Source: an uncultured Bacteroidota bacterium (GTDB lineage Bacteria > Bacteroidota > Bacteroidia > Bacteroidales > UBA12481). Taken from it: DNA of 64,000 bases. The stretch lies in assembly GCA_903851365.1 (NCBI GenBank), contig CAINOB010000082.1, positions 7,590-71,589 of the forward strand. The letters are read 5' to 3'. Under the pieces are notes generated by a model that saw nothing but the letters and a program-made list of their open reading frames with translations, did no database searches and had not been told where the DNA came from. This document shows, in pieces, positions 35,391-45,213 of the stretch (within the stretch, counting starts at the first letter, position 1; every line of letters begins with the position of its first letter). A program made the position numbers and the translations under genes.

Positions 35391-37625
35391 TTACTTAACC
35401 AGAAGCTTTATAACCTGATTGTTAACTTTCAGGAAATACATTCCTTTAGCGAATGCGCTGAGGTCAATATTTTCCTGGTAGGTTGAAACAGATTTAACCA
35501 GGTTCTCATAAACTTTCTGGCCTTCAATATTAGTCACCGCAATGTTAAGATCCTGAACCTGCGGATTGGTAACATTCAAAGTAAATTGACCGTTACTCGG
35601 GTTCGGGTAAGCGCTGATTGAAGCGGTGAGGGTGGTGGCATCAATACCCAGGCTCTTGCCATTGTTGAATACATCATGCAGCACGTTATAGTAGGAAGTC
35701 CGGTAAACCCTGTTCGGTCCGCCAGCCGGGAATTCCGAGGTATTCCAGTCGGCATTGATTCTGTATTTGTATTCGATCTTCTGGAAAGTGCCCACTGCCG
35801 GGACCGTAAGAGTGTATATACCATCGCCGTCAGCATCAGTCATATGAGCTGATGAGCCCCAGTTGTTGATTGTACCGGAAACATCAACAAAATCAGTTGC
35901 CGGTTTAAAGGAGCCATTGGCAATCGGAATCTTCATATCAACATTGAACACTATATCAGCATTTTTTGGAGCGCCGGTACTGTTGAGGTTTAACCGGATC
36001 ATGGAAAGGTCCTCGAGGTTCGACCAGGTATCCCCAGTAATCAGCCTGTATAAAGTTTTCCCGTCGGAATAGCGGTGCGATTTATCGGAACCGATAGTAA
36101 ACCGGTAAGTGTTATTATCAGGAGCCAAACCGCCACCATGGAACTGTTGGATAGCAGCAACATATTTGCCTGGCTCGATGAATTCCGATTCACCGTCTTT
36201 TTCCATCGGCACGGTAACCCAGGTATTTAACATTTCCTGTGTGATTTCAACGTTCGATGAATAAAGTATTTCATTATAAACCTGATCGGTTTCATTCCAT
36301 TTGAACAACCAGTACTGGAAAGAGTATCCCGGCTTGGTACTGGCGTTAGGGTTGTCGTGGCGCTGCATGATCATGCAGGAGATGGAGTTCACTTCGGTGG
36401 GTTTATTAATGTCATATACAATACCCATGTAGTCACCATCGTTGTTTCCGTGACCTGCAGTACTGGCATACGTTTCCCATTCCCAGTCGGACATTGAATA
36501 TACGCTGTCAGTAACATAATAGGTATCCCTGTATACGTTATTGGCTGGTAATCCGTCGACGGCCTTTTGCTTGGCTGTTAAAACCATTTCATAGTTGCCA
36601 TAACCCGAGGTAACCGAAGGGGTCAGGATTTCAAAAGTGTCTTTCTGCAGCGTCCAGATATCAGCTGTTCTGGTCGAGTTCTGGTTGTAAACCGAAACGC
36701 CGTTTTTAAATATCTCAGCATTCAGATAACAGGATTCCTGGTCGTCGCGTCCGGCATTCCAGAAGCCAGCCCTGAAGGTGTATCCACCAAGCCCGGTTGC
36801 ATCGGTTTGCGAATTCGGGATCATATACATGAAGCCCTGATTATCAATTAATTCCTGATCTTTCATCTTGAGCCAGGGAGTCTCGAGCTGCAATTCATTA
36901 TTGTAAGCTTCGGCCAGTGTGATGTCATCTATGCACCAGAAATATCTGGCCATTCCATTCCATACAAACTTGATCCAGACATGCGGCATACCACCGGCAA
37001 CATCACTGATATTGACTTCGGGGTATGGATTGTTGGCGAAGTTGTTGACCTTGGTTTCGTACACCATATTATAGGAGGACCAGTGAACGCCCAGGTCATT
37101 ACTTACATAAACTTTAATATCAGGAGTTGGGTTACACCTGAAATATTGAGAGAATTTCAAAACAACAGTCGGACGGGTGGTGCAGTTCTGCTCAGGCAAC
37201 TGAAACCAGCAGACGCTTCCTAGAGTAGTGTAAATACCATCGACAAAGTTGTATTCATCCATCGGCAGAACAAAATATCCATCTTCAGGAGATTTTGAAT
37301 AAATATGCCCTGGCAAAAAGGTATACCTGCCCCTGATGCTATCGGTTCCGGCACGCCAGATGAATTTAAATCCATTAGCGTCACCGTCCTCCACATTTTG
37401 CCATCCGGTTGGTAATGCCCAGCCGCGGGGGTTCGATGCATCCTTCCAGTTGAAGGTCTCTTTAAAGAACACTTCACCTTCAGATTTCAGACCTGGCTCA
37501 TTAGGAAAAACCATCTTTTTTTGTTAATTCGCAAATGGAACAGGCATGGTGGTTTGCCTTACTACTTGTCCGTACGACAAGACAATAATAGAGCACAGCA
37601 GCAAGAAGAGTGTAAATCTTTTCAT
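35391..37625 (-). pseudogene. T9SS cargo paralog interrupted by an in-frame TAA between the signal peptide and the mature domain
   Basis: Manual translation from the ATG at 37625 gives MKRFTLFLLLCSIIVLSYGQVVRQTTMPVPFAN-TAA(37526-37524)-QKK-MVFPNEPGLKSEGEVFF.... It is collinear with the intact paralog 37792-40029. CBM-like domain and T9SS CTD are present at the C-terminus. Confidence 0.7.
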
Positions 37626-37718
37626 AAGCGAGTTATTAAAGTTGGTGTTTGTTAGCGAAAATCTAAGATATATATTTTTGGATATCAAAGCATGTTGTAA
37701 AGAATTTTTTTAAAAAAA

Positions 37719-37755
37719 ATAGAGCTGACAGCTTTTTAAATGCTGTCAGCTCTAT
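37719..37755 (-). terminator. rho-independent terminator of the 37792-40029 gene
   Basis: ATAGAGCTGACAGC-TTTTTAAAT-GCTGTCAGCTCTAT, a 14-bp stem followed on the minus strand by T8. Confidence 0.8.
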
Positions 37756-37791
37756 TGGTAATGCACGGGTTGAAACCCGGGGCTATTAATA

Positions 37792-40029
37792 TTATTTTAC
37801 CAGAAGCTTAATTACTTCGTTATTCACTTTCAGGAAATACATTCCTTTTGCGAACGCGGTAAGGTCGATATTTTGCTGATAGTTTGATACCGATTTAACC
37901 TGGTTCTGATAAACAGTCTGCCCCTGAATATTCATCACGGTTATTTTCAGGTCCGAAACATGAGTGTTGGCGATATCCAGTGTGAATTGTCCGTCGGATG
38001 GATTTGGATAGGCAGTAACTGAAGATATCAATGAATTATCAGCGATACCAAGGCTCTTGCCATTATTGTATACATCGTTCAGAACGTTGTAATAGGAGGT
38101 CCGATAAACTCTGTTTGCCCCACCTGATGGGAATTCCGAAGTATTCCAGTTGGCGTTAATCCTGTATTTATATTCAATCCTCTGGAAAGTTCCCATTGAT
38201 GGCACCGTGAGGGTATAAATACCGTCCCCGTCAGCATCAGTCATATGTTCAGAGGAACCCCAGTTGTTGATCGTACCCGAAATATCAACAAAATCAGATG
38301 CAGGTTTAAAAGAGCCATTGGCAATCGGAATTTTCATATCAACATTGAATACAACATCAGCATTCTTAGGTGCTCCTGTATTATTGATGTTCAGACGGAT
38401 CATTGAAATATCGCGGTTCTGATACCAGGTTGCCATGTCATCAATCACGTTGTGATAAACACTTTTTGCCAGTGTTTGTCTGTGGCTGTTATCGGAACCG
38501 ATGGTAAAGCGGTAGAGTGCATTATTGGCATTTGCTCCTCCGCCATGATACATCTGAATGGCAGCAATATATTTTCCGGGATCGAGAAATTCTGATTCAC
38601 CGTCTTTCTGCAATGGCAAAGTAATCCACTTATCGAGCATTTCGGCGGTTACCTCCATGAAGTCCGAGGAAAGAAGTTCGATCCAGGTGGCGTCATCCGG
38701 GCTATACCAGAAAAGCCAATATTGGAAAGAATATCCTGGCTTAGTGCTGGCAATCTTGTTTTCAGGACGTTGCATGATCAGGGTAGAAATGGAATTGGAT
38801 TCGCATTTTTTCTTGATATCATACTCAACTCCGAGATAGTCGCCATCGCTGTTATTAAATCCGGCTACACTGGAATAGGTTTCAAAATCCCAATCTGATA
38901 ATGAATACACGCTGTCGGTGATATAATAGGTATCCTTGTAAACATTGTTTTCAGGAAGCCCGTCGACCTGCTTTTGCTTAGCAGTCAGCACAATGTCATA
39001 ATTTCCGAAGCCAGTGGGATCAAATTGGTCGGTAATTGGGAAGGTATCCCTTTGAAGAGCCCAAATATCGCGCGAAGCGGAATTCTTGTTATACACCGAG
39101 ACCCCGTTTTTGAATATTTCGGCATTCAGGTAGCAGGATTCCTGGTCATCCCGGCCGGCATTCAGCAATCCGGCCTTAAAAGTGTAACCGCCGAAGCCAT
39201 CAGTGCCGGTTTGTGAATTAGGTACCATGTAATAAAATCCTTCGTCGTTATTTGCCGGATCAAGATCAGTCATCAATAACCATGGTTTTTCTAATTGCAG
39301 TTCATTGTTATAGGCTTCGGAAAGTGTTATATCGTCGATAGCCCAGAAATACATGCGCATATTGGTCCATACGAACCTGATCCAAACATCGGGCATTCCG
39401 GCAGCGACATCAGAAATATTAACTTCGACGAACGGGTTTTTGCAGAAGATATTCAGCAGGGTTTCATAAGCCATACTATAGGTAGCCCAGTGGCTGCCCT
39501 GGTCGTTACTGACCTGCATGGTGAGGCCAACCGTAGGATTGGTACGGAAATATTGCCTCATTTTAAAAACTACAGTGGGGTGAGTTGAGCAATTAATCGA
39601 TGGAAGCTGGAACCAGGTGGTCGCATATTTGTCGGTGACCACGCCATCGATGAAATTATATTCGTCCATGGGGAAAAGGAAAAATCCATCTTCGGGGGTC
39701 TTGGAATATTTATGTCCAAGTTCGAAAGTCAAATGGCCCTTGATACTGTCGGTTCCTGCACGCCAAACCCATGGGGTACCCAGGTCGGTTTCATCTTTCA
39801 TCTGCCAGCCGGCAGGGAGGGTCCAGCCTCGATCGCTGGAAGGATCTTTCCAGTTAAAGGTTTCAGAAAAGAATACAGCCCCTTCTCCTTTTAACCTGGA
39901 TTCAGGCGGTATTTCCATCTTTTTTTCGAAACTGCTGTAGGGTTTTATGCTGGTACTCGGCTTAAACTTCTGACCGAATCCAACAGAAAAGATGAACAGC
40001 ACGGTGAGCAATAGAGTAAATCTTTTCAT
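37792..40029 (-). CDS. secreted T9SS cargo protein (choice-of-anchor-J-like domain, CBM-like beta-sandwich, Por CTD)
   Basis: Signal peptide MKRFTLLLTVLFIFSVGFGQ. VVFNVDMKIP...TINNWG...DADGDGIYT...EYKYRI resembles CBM20-like modules. C-terminal YPNPSDGQFTL...KGMYFLKVNNEVIKLLVK is a T9SS CTD. Confidence 0.8.
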   Translation of the reverse strand: MKRFTLLLTVLFIFSVGFGQKFKPSTSIKPYSSFEKKMEIPPESRLKGEGAVFFSETFNWKDPSSDRGWTLPAGWQMKDETDLGTPWVWRAGTDSIKGHLTFELGHKYSKTPEDGFFLFPMDEYNFIDGVVTDKYATTWFQLPSINCSTHPTVVFKMRQYFRTNPTVGLTMQVSNDQGSHWATYSMAYETLLNIFCKNPFVEVNISDVAAGMPDVWIRFVWTNMRMYFWAIDDITLSEAYNNELQLEKPWLLMTDLDPANNDEGFYYMVPNSQTGTDGFGGYTFKAGLLNAGRDDQESCYLNAEIFKNGVSVYNKNSASRDIWALQRDTFPITDQFDPTGFGNYDIVLTAKQKQVDGLPENNVYKDTYYITDSVYSLSDWDFETYSSVAGFNNSDGDYLGVEYDIKKKCESNSISTLIMQRPENKIASTKPGYSFQYWLFWYSPDDATWIELLSSDFMEVTAEMLDKWITLPLQKDGESEFLDPGKYIAAIQMYHGGGANANNALYRFTIGSDNSHRQTLAKSVYHNVIDDMATWYQNRDISMIRLNINNTGAPKNADVVFNVDMKIPIANGSFKPASDFVDISGTINNWGSSEHMTDADGDGIYTLTVPSMGTFQRIEYKYRINANWNTSEFPSGGANRVYRTSYYNVLNDVYNNGKSLGIADNSLISSVTAYPNPSDGQFTLDIANTHVSDLKITVMNIQGQTVYQNQVKSVSNYQQNIDLTAFAKGMYFLKVNNEVIKLLVK

Positions 40030-40080
40030 AAGAATAATTTAGGTGAATAGATTTACCCAAGGTACGATAAAGTTGCCAGA

Positions 40081-40174
40081 TTTTAGAGTTGCCAACTTTT
40101 GGTTGGCAAACTTAGTACGGCTGACAATTTTAGAGTTGCCAACTTTTGGTTGGCAAACTTAGTACGGCTGACAA
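40081..40174. repeat. perfect 47-bp tandem repeat x2, with partial copies on both sides (40066-40195)
   Basis: TTTTAGAGTTGCCAACTTTTGGTTGGCAAACTTAGTACGGCTGACAA occurs at 40081-40127 and 40128-40174. Each unit has an internal TTGCCAAC/GTTGGCAA hairpin. Confidence 0.85.
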
Positions 40175-40196
40175 TTTTAAAGTTGGCAACTCTATG

Positions 40197-40958
40197 TTAG
40201 GTTGTCCGCGCGTGGCCCTTCATCCGCATGATGAACTCCTTCTTCTTTCGTTCGCTCACATCAATCTGGCTGCCATCTTCAAAAACAATATATCCTCCGC
40301 GGCCGGAGACATATTTCTTAACAAATTCGAGGTTTATCAAGTGTTTGCTGTGTACCCTGACAAAGGACAGATCGGTAAGCAGCCTTTCAAAATTATTCAG
40401 TGTTTTCGAGGTTACAATACGCTGCCCGTTTTTGATAAAAAAGGTTGTATAGCTTCCATTGGCTTCACACCGGATAATATCGGCGATCTTATAAACATCG
40501 AAACCGTCCATGGAAGAGAGAATAATGCGTTCATTTCTGTTCGACAAACCTTCTCTGAGAACGGATACGCGATCTCCGAAATTTGCTTCCTTGCGGATTT
40601 TTGAATAGCGATCAACAGCCTGCTGCAGTTTTTCCGTACTGATTGGTTTAAGCAGGTAATCAAGAGCCGAAAAATCGAAAGCTTTCAGTGCGTACTGATC
40701 GTATGCAGTGGTAAAGATCACTTCGAACCCGGTATATTCAACATCTTCAAGAACCTGGAAGCCCTGGCCGTCGGGGAGGGCGATATCCAGAAAAACCAGC
40801 TCGGGTTTTATGGTGTCGATCAATTGAATGGCAGATTCAACCGTTTGGGCAGTGCCTGCCACCTGAACATCCGGGCAATATCTTTGCAGAAGAATAGACA
40901 GCGCTTCGAGGCTGTTTTCTTCATCATCTATCAGAACTGCTTGAATCAGAGAGGTCAT
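40197..40958 (-). CDS. LytTR-family two-component response regulator (REC + LytTR DNA-binding domain), no adjacent kinase
   Basis: REC motifs (IDDE, FLDIALPDG, TTAYD, LLKP). The C-terminal LytTR-like region is RCEANGSYTTFF...FVRVHSKHLINL. The ATG at 40958 is preferred over the TTG at 40979. Confidence 0.85.
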   Translation of the reverse strand: MTSLIQAVLIDDEENSLEALSILLQRYCPDVQVAGTAQTVESAIQLIDTIKPELVFLDIALPDGQGFQVLEDVEYTGFEVIFTTAYDQYALKAFDFSALDYLLKPISTEKLQQAVDRYSKIRKEANFGDRVSVLREGLSNRNERIILSSMDGFDVYKIADIIRCEANGSYTTFFIKNGQRIVTSKTLNNFERLLTDLSFVRVHSKHLINLEFVKKYVSGRGGYIVFEDGSQIDVSERKKKEFIMRMKGHARTT

Positions 40959-41031
40959 AATTTCACAGGTTAAGTTCAATTATAAATGTACAAGGATTTT
41001 CCCGGATTAATTTAGCCCTGCGATCATATTT

Positions 41032-42942
41032 TCATATCATGCGGATTTCCCGGATCGCGTTGGCGATACCTTCCGCGTCGAATCCGCATTCACGATAAAG
41101 CTGTCTTTGGGTACCATGCTCGATAAACTCATCAGGGATTCCCAGCATTTTCATTTTAGCGGGATAATTATTCCGAATCATGAATTCGGCAACCGCGCTC
41201 CCGAAACCACCGGAAATGGTACCATCCTCCACGGTTATTATTTTGTTGAACCTTTTAAATACATCATGGAGCAATGCTTCATCCAATGGCTTGACAAAGC
41301 GCATATCGAAATGTGCGGGATTAATGCCTTCCTTTTCCAGAACCTGCAGCGCTTTTGTCACTAAATTTCCCGGATGGCCGACAGAAAGGACTGCCACTTC
41401 CGTACCATCATTTATCATTCTCCCCTTGCCGATTGGCAGGCTGGCAAACGGCCGCTTCCATTCGGTCATAACGCCCTGACCCCTGGGATAACGAATCACA
41501 AACGGGCCATGGTTTTTTTCCTGTGCGGTGAACATCATGTTCCTCAGTTCTTCCTCATTCATCGGGGCAGCTACGATCATGTTCGGAATAATGCGCATGA
41601 AAGCCAGATCGAATGCCCCATGGTGGGTAGGACCATCGGTTCCCACCAACCCCCCCCGGTCGAGGCATAAGATGACCGATAATTTTTGAAGGGCAATATC
41701 GTGAATAACCTGGTCGAAAGCCCTTTGCATAAACGATGAGTAGATATTGCAGAATGGAATGAATCCTTGTGCAGCGAGACCGGCGGAAAAAGTTACCGCA
41801 TGTTGCTCGGCAATTCCGACATCAAAAGTTCGATCAGGCATTTCGGCCATCATCACGTTCATGGAGGATCCCGAAGGCATCGCCGGTGTGATACCCATTA
41901 TTTTTGGATTCAACCTGGCCAGTTCCAATAAAGTATATCCGAATACATCCTGATATTTTGGCGGAAAACCAGCAGGTTCTTCCTCAATGATTTTACCGGT
42001 TACCTTATCGAATTTTCCCGGAGCGTGGTAGACGGTCTGGTTGATTTCTGCCAGAGGCATGCCTTTGCCTTTTTTTGTGAGGATATGCAGAAGTTTTGGT
42101 CCTTCGATTTTCTTCATATCCTCGAGGATCTTCACGAGGTGCATCACATCGTGGCCGTCGACCGGGCCAAAATACCGGAAATGCATAGATTCAAACAGGT
42201 TGCTCTGTTTCAGGAGCATGTGCTTAATTGCAGTCTCCAAAGTCTGAGCCATGCGTCGGGCGTCGGGACCAATTTTCCCCAGCACTCCCAGAATTTTCCA
42301 GGTATCACCCTTAAATCGGTTCCATGCACCGGAGGTAGTAATGTCGAGCAAATAATCGTTGAGGGCGCCATGATTGGGATCGATGGCCATATTGTTATCA
42401 TTCAGGATCACCAGGATATTCGATCGTTCGATCCCGGCATTGTTGAGCCCTTCGAAAGCCATGCCTCCGGTAAGGGCTCCATCGCCGATGACAGCGATGG
42501 TTTTGCGATCGGTTTCGCCTTTCCGGTTGGCTGCGACAGCCATGCCCAGAGCGGCTGAAATAGAGGTTGATGAATGCCCGGTTCCGAATGAATCATACTC
42601 GCTTTCCGTCATTTTCGGAAACCCGCTTATTCCTTTGAATTTTCTGTTGGTATGAAAAACGTCGCGCCGGCCGGTGAGGATTTTATGGCCATAGGCCTGA
42701 TGTCCGACATCCCAAATCAGTTGATCGTAGGGTGTATTGTAAACATAGTGCAGGGCAACAGTAAGTTCCACCACTCCCAGATTGGCACCCAGATGCCCCG
42801 GGTTGCAGGATACTTCCTCAATGATGAAAGCGCGGAGCTCCTTACAAACCTCCAGCAGATCGGCTTCGCTGAGTTTCTTGAGGTCGGCCGGACTGTTGAT
42901 GGTGTTCAGCAGGGAGAAAGTACTTTTTTTGGCTGGAATCAT
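41032..42942 (-). CDS. dxs: 1-deoxy-D-xylulose-5-phosphate synthase
   Basis: 636 aa with GHLGANLGVVELTVALHY, WDVGHQAYGHKILTGR, GDGALTGGMAFEGLN and the transketolase-like C-terminal half. Confidence 0.95.
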   Translation of the reverse strand: MIPAKKSTFSLLNTINSPADLKKLSEADLLEVCKELRAFIIEEVSCNPGHLGANLGVVELTVALHYVYNTPYDQLIWDVGHQAYGHKILTGRRDVFHTNRKFKGISGFPKMTESEYDSFGTGHSSTSISAALGMAVAANRKGETDRKTIAVIGDGALTGGMAFEGLNNAGIERSNILVILNDNNMAIDPNHGALNDYLLDITTSGAWNRFKGDTWKILGVLGKIGPDARRMAQTLETAIKHMLLKQSNLFESMHFRYFGPVDGHDVMHLVKILEDMKKIEGPKLLHILTKKGKGMPLAEINQTVYHAPGKFDKVTGKIIEEEPAGFPPKYQDVFGYTLLELARLNPKIMGITPAMPSGSSMNVMMAEMPDRTFDVGIAEQHAVTFSAGLAAQGFIPFCNIYSSFMQRAFDQVIHDIALQKLSVILCLDRGGLVGTDGPTHHGAFDLAFMRIIPNMIVAAPMNEEELRNMMFTAQEKNHGPFVIRYPRGQGVMTEWKRPFASLPIGKGRMINDGTEVAVLSVGHPGNLVTKALQVLEKEGINPAHFDMRFVKPLDEALLHDVFKRFNKIITVEDGTISGGFGSAVAEFMIRNNYPAKMKMLGIPDEFIEHGTQRQLYRECGFDAEGIANAIREIRMI

Positions 42943-42959
42943 GTTGATCCTGGGGGTGG

Positions 42960-43523
42960 TCAGATAGTCATTATATCTTTTTCTTTGACAATGAGCCTGT
43001 CATCCACCACTTTGATATATTTATCAGTCATTTCCTGAACCACTTTTTCGGCATCCTTTTCCTCGTCTTCGGCAAGGCCTTCTTTGATCAGTTTCTTAAG
43101 CTGCTCATTTCCATCGCGGCGGTTATTCCGGATTCCCACCCGGGCACTTTCCCCTTCGATTTTGACTTTTTTCACCAGCTCGCGGCGCCGATCCTCGGTA
43201 AGCATAGGAATATTTATTCTTATGATTTCGCCGTTATTCATAGGTGTCATACCCAGATTTGCCACTAAAATCGACTTCTCAATAGGGTCGATCATGTTTT
43301 TTTCCCAGGGCTGAATCGCCAGGGTACGCGGATCGGGTGAGTTAACGTTGGCTATCTGGGTTAATGGGGTAGGATTGCCATAGTAATTAACCATAATGCC
43401 ATCCAGCATATGAATATTTGCACGGCCGGCCCGGATTTTCGACAGCTCGTTATCGAGATGCTTGATTGTCCGGTCCATTTTTTCCTCTGTGTCTTCGAGG
43501 ATCAATTCAACTTCTTCGTTCAT
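42960..43523 (-). CDS. frr: ribosome recycling factor
   Basis: 187 aa with IRAGRANIHMLDGI, LTEDRRRELVK, and synteny with pyrH and tsf. Confidence 0.95.
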   Translation of the reverse strand: MNEEVELILEDTEEKMDRTIKHLDNELSKIRAGRANIHMLDGIMVNYYGNPTPLTQIANVNSPDPRTLAIQPWEKNMIDPIEKSILVANLGMTPMNNGEIIRINIPMLTEDRRRELVKKVKIEGESARVGIRNNRRDGNEQLKKLIKEGLAEDEEKDAEKVVQEMTDKYIKVVDDRLIVKEKDIMTI

Positions 43524-43560
43524 GGCCTGTTGTCATTAGAATTCGAGGAGGTAAAAATAT

Positions 43561-44271
43561 TTATTTCTGAATGATGGTGCCAATTTTTTCCCCGGAAATC
43601 AGCCGTTTCAAATTACCGTGGGTATTCATATCAAACACCATTATTGGCAGATTGTTTTCCTTGCAAAGAGTGAAGGCAGTCTGATCCATGATTTTCAGGT
43701 TTCTGGTAATGACCTCATCAAATGAGATAGTATCGAACCTTACCGCATCAGGATGTTTCTCAGGATCGGCAGAGTAAACGCCATCCACCCGGGTACCTTT
43801 GAGGAGAACTTCAGCGCCGATCTCCACTCCCCGGAGGGCTGCTGTGGTATCGGTTGTAAAGAACGGATTGCCCGTACCGGCTGAGAAAATGCAGACTTCT
43901 CCGGCTTCCAGGGCTTCAACAACTTTATCGCGGTGCCAGAACTCCGCAACGGGTTCCATACGGATGGCAGTAAACAATCGGGATGGCGTGCCTGATTGCC
44001 TGAATGATGACTGCAGAGCCAGTCCGTTGATCACGGTGGCCAGCATACCCATATAATCCCCTTTAACCCTGTCGTAGCCAGCTTTGGCCCCAGATAGGCC
44101 GCGGAAGATATTACCCCCGCCGATCACCAGGCCAACCTGTACGCCAAGGTCACGGATTTCTTTTACCTGGCTGGTAAAACTTTCGAGCTGCACGGTATCG
44201 ATGCCTTGAGAGGATTGTCCAAGGAGCGATTCACCGGATAATTTCAGAAGAATTCTTTTGTAGGTTGCCAT
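43561..44271 (-). CDS. pyrH: UMP kinase
   Basis: 236 aa with YKRILLKLSGE, VIGGGNIFRG and FSAGTGNPFFTTDT. Confidence 0.95.
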   Translation of the reverse strand: MATYKRILLKLSGESLLGQSSQGIDTVQLESFTSQVKEIRDLGVQVGLVIGGGNIFRGLSGAKAGYDRVKGDYMGMLATVINGLALQSSFRQSGTPSRLFTAIRMEPVAEFWHRDKVVEALEAGEVCIFSAGTGNPFFTTDTTAALRGVEIGAEVLLKGTRVDGVYSADPEKHPDAVRFDTISFDEVITRNLKIMDQTAFTLCKENNLPIMVFDMNTHGNLKRLISGEKIGTIIQK

Positions 44272-44298
44272 ATTTTTCGGGTATGATCTCCGAAAGAT

Positions 44299-44326
44299 AA
44301 AAAAAAATCCCGGTGGTGACCGGGAT
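44299..44326 (-). terminator. rho-independent terminator after tsf
   Basis: On the minus strand, ATCCCGGT-CACC-ACCGGGAT is followed by T9. Confidence 0.8.
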
Positions 44327-44361
44327 TTTAATGTATGATATCCGCAAGCGGAAGAGTTTCC

Positions 44362-45195
44362 TTAGTCGACGTTCAGGGTATACCGGACGAAATTAAGAAC
44401 GGTAAGGTCCTTATCAACATGAGTAAGATAATCTCCTACTGATGTTTTGTGATCTTTAATGAAATCCTGGCTTAACAGGGTGTTTTCCTTAAAGAATTTA
44501 CCCAGTTTGCCTTCAGCGATTTTATCAATGATATTGGCTGGTTTGCCTTCTTCGAGGGCAATTGCACGGCCGATTTCCAGTTCCTTGTCGATAATTTCCT
44601 GTGGGATAGTGTCTTTATTTACAGCAACAGGGGCCATAGCGGCAACCTGCATGGCGACATCTTTAGCCGGCTGTTCGTCAGCTACTTTCTTCGACATGCT
44701 CACGAGTGTAGCCAAACGGTTACCCGGGTGAATGTAAGGCATCACAAATGGTGACTCGAGTGATTTAAAGAAGGAGATATCAACTTTTTCACCAATAATA
44801 CCGGTCATGTTGGTCACTTCGCTTTCAATGGAATGTCCGTCAACGATGAGTTGTTTCATTCCTTCCAGCGTTGTGGCTTTAGCTGCAATTGCGGCATCAG
44901 CAAAGGCATGGGCTTTTTTTACGAAATCTTCATTTTTAGCAACAAAGTCGGTTTCGCAGTTGAGTACCAATACCACGCCGAAAGTATGTTCGCTGTTGCA
45001 TTTTGCAATAACTGCACCTTCAGAAGCCTGGCGGTCGGCTCTTTTATTAGCTACTTTCTGTCCTTTTTTGCGAAGAATATCGATAGCCTGGTCAAAATCA
45101 CCATTGGTTTCGGTAAGGGCCTGCTTACAGTCCATCATACCTGCGCCTGTCATTTGACGTAGTTTTGCTACCTCAGAAGCTTTTATTTCTGTCAT
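44362..45195 (-). CDS. tsf: translation elongation factor Ts
   Basis: 277 aa with VAKLRQMTGAGMMDCKQAL (UBA-like N-terminus) and NCETDFVAKN. Confidence 0.95.
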   Translation of the reverse strand: MTEIKASEVAKLRQMTGAGMMDCKQALTETNGDFDQAIDILRKKGQKVANKRADRQASEGAVIAKCNSEHTFGVVLVLNCETDFVAKNEDFVKKAHAFADAAIAAKATTLEGMKQLIVDGHSIESEVTNMTGIIGEKVDISFFKSLESPFVMPYIHPGNRLATLVSMSKKVADEQPAKDVAMQVAAMAPVAVNKDTIPQEIIDKELEIGRAIALEEGKPANIIDKIAEGKLGKFFKENTLLSQDFIKDHKTSVGDYLTHVDKDLTVLNFVRYTLNVD

Positions 45196-45213
45196 GATTT
45201 TTAGAATTAGAAG

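Noticed and set aside
40081-40174. A regularly repeated 47-bp unit could suggest a CRISPR array.
   Set aside because: The units abut directly with no unique spacers. There are only two full copies and no cas genes in the window. It is a simple tandem repeat.
40146-40604. A 152-aa plus-strand ORF begins inside the 47-bp repeat.
   Set aside because: It is antisense to the well-supported LytTR response-regulator gene, and its N-terminus is encoded by the tandem repeat itself.
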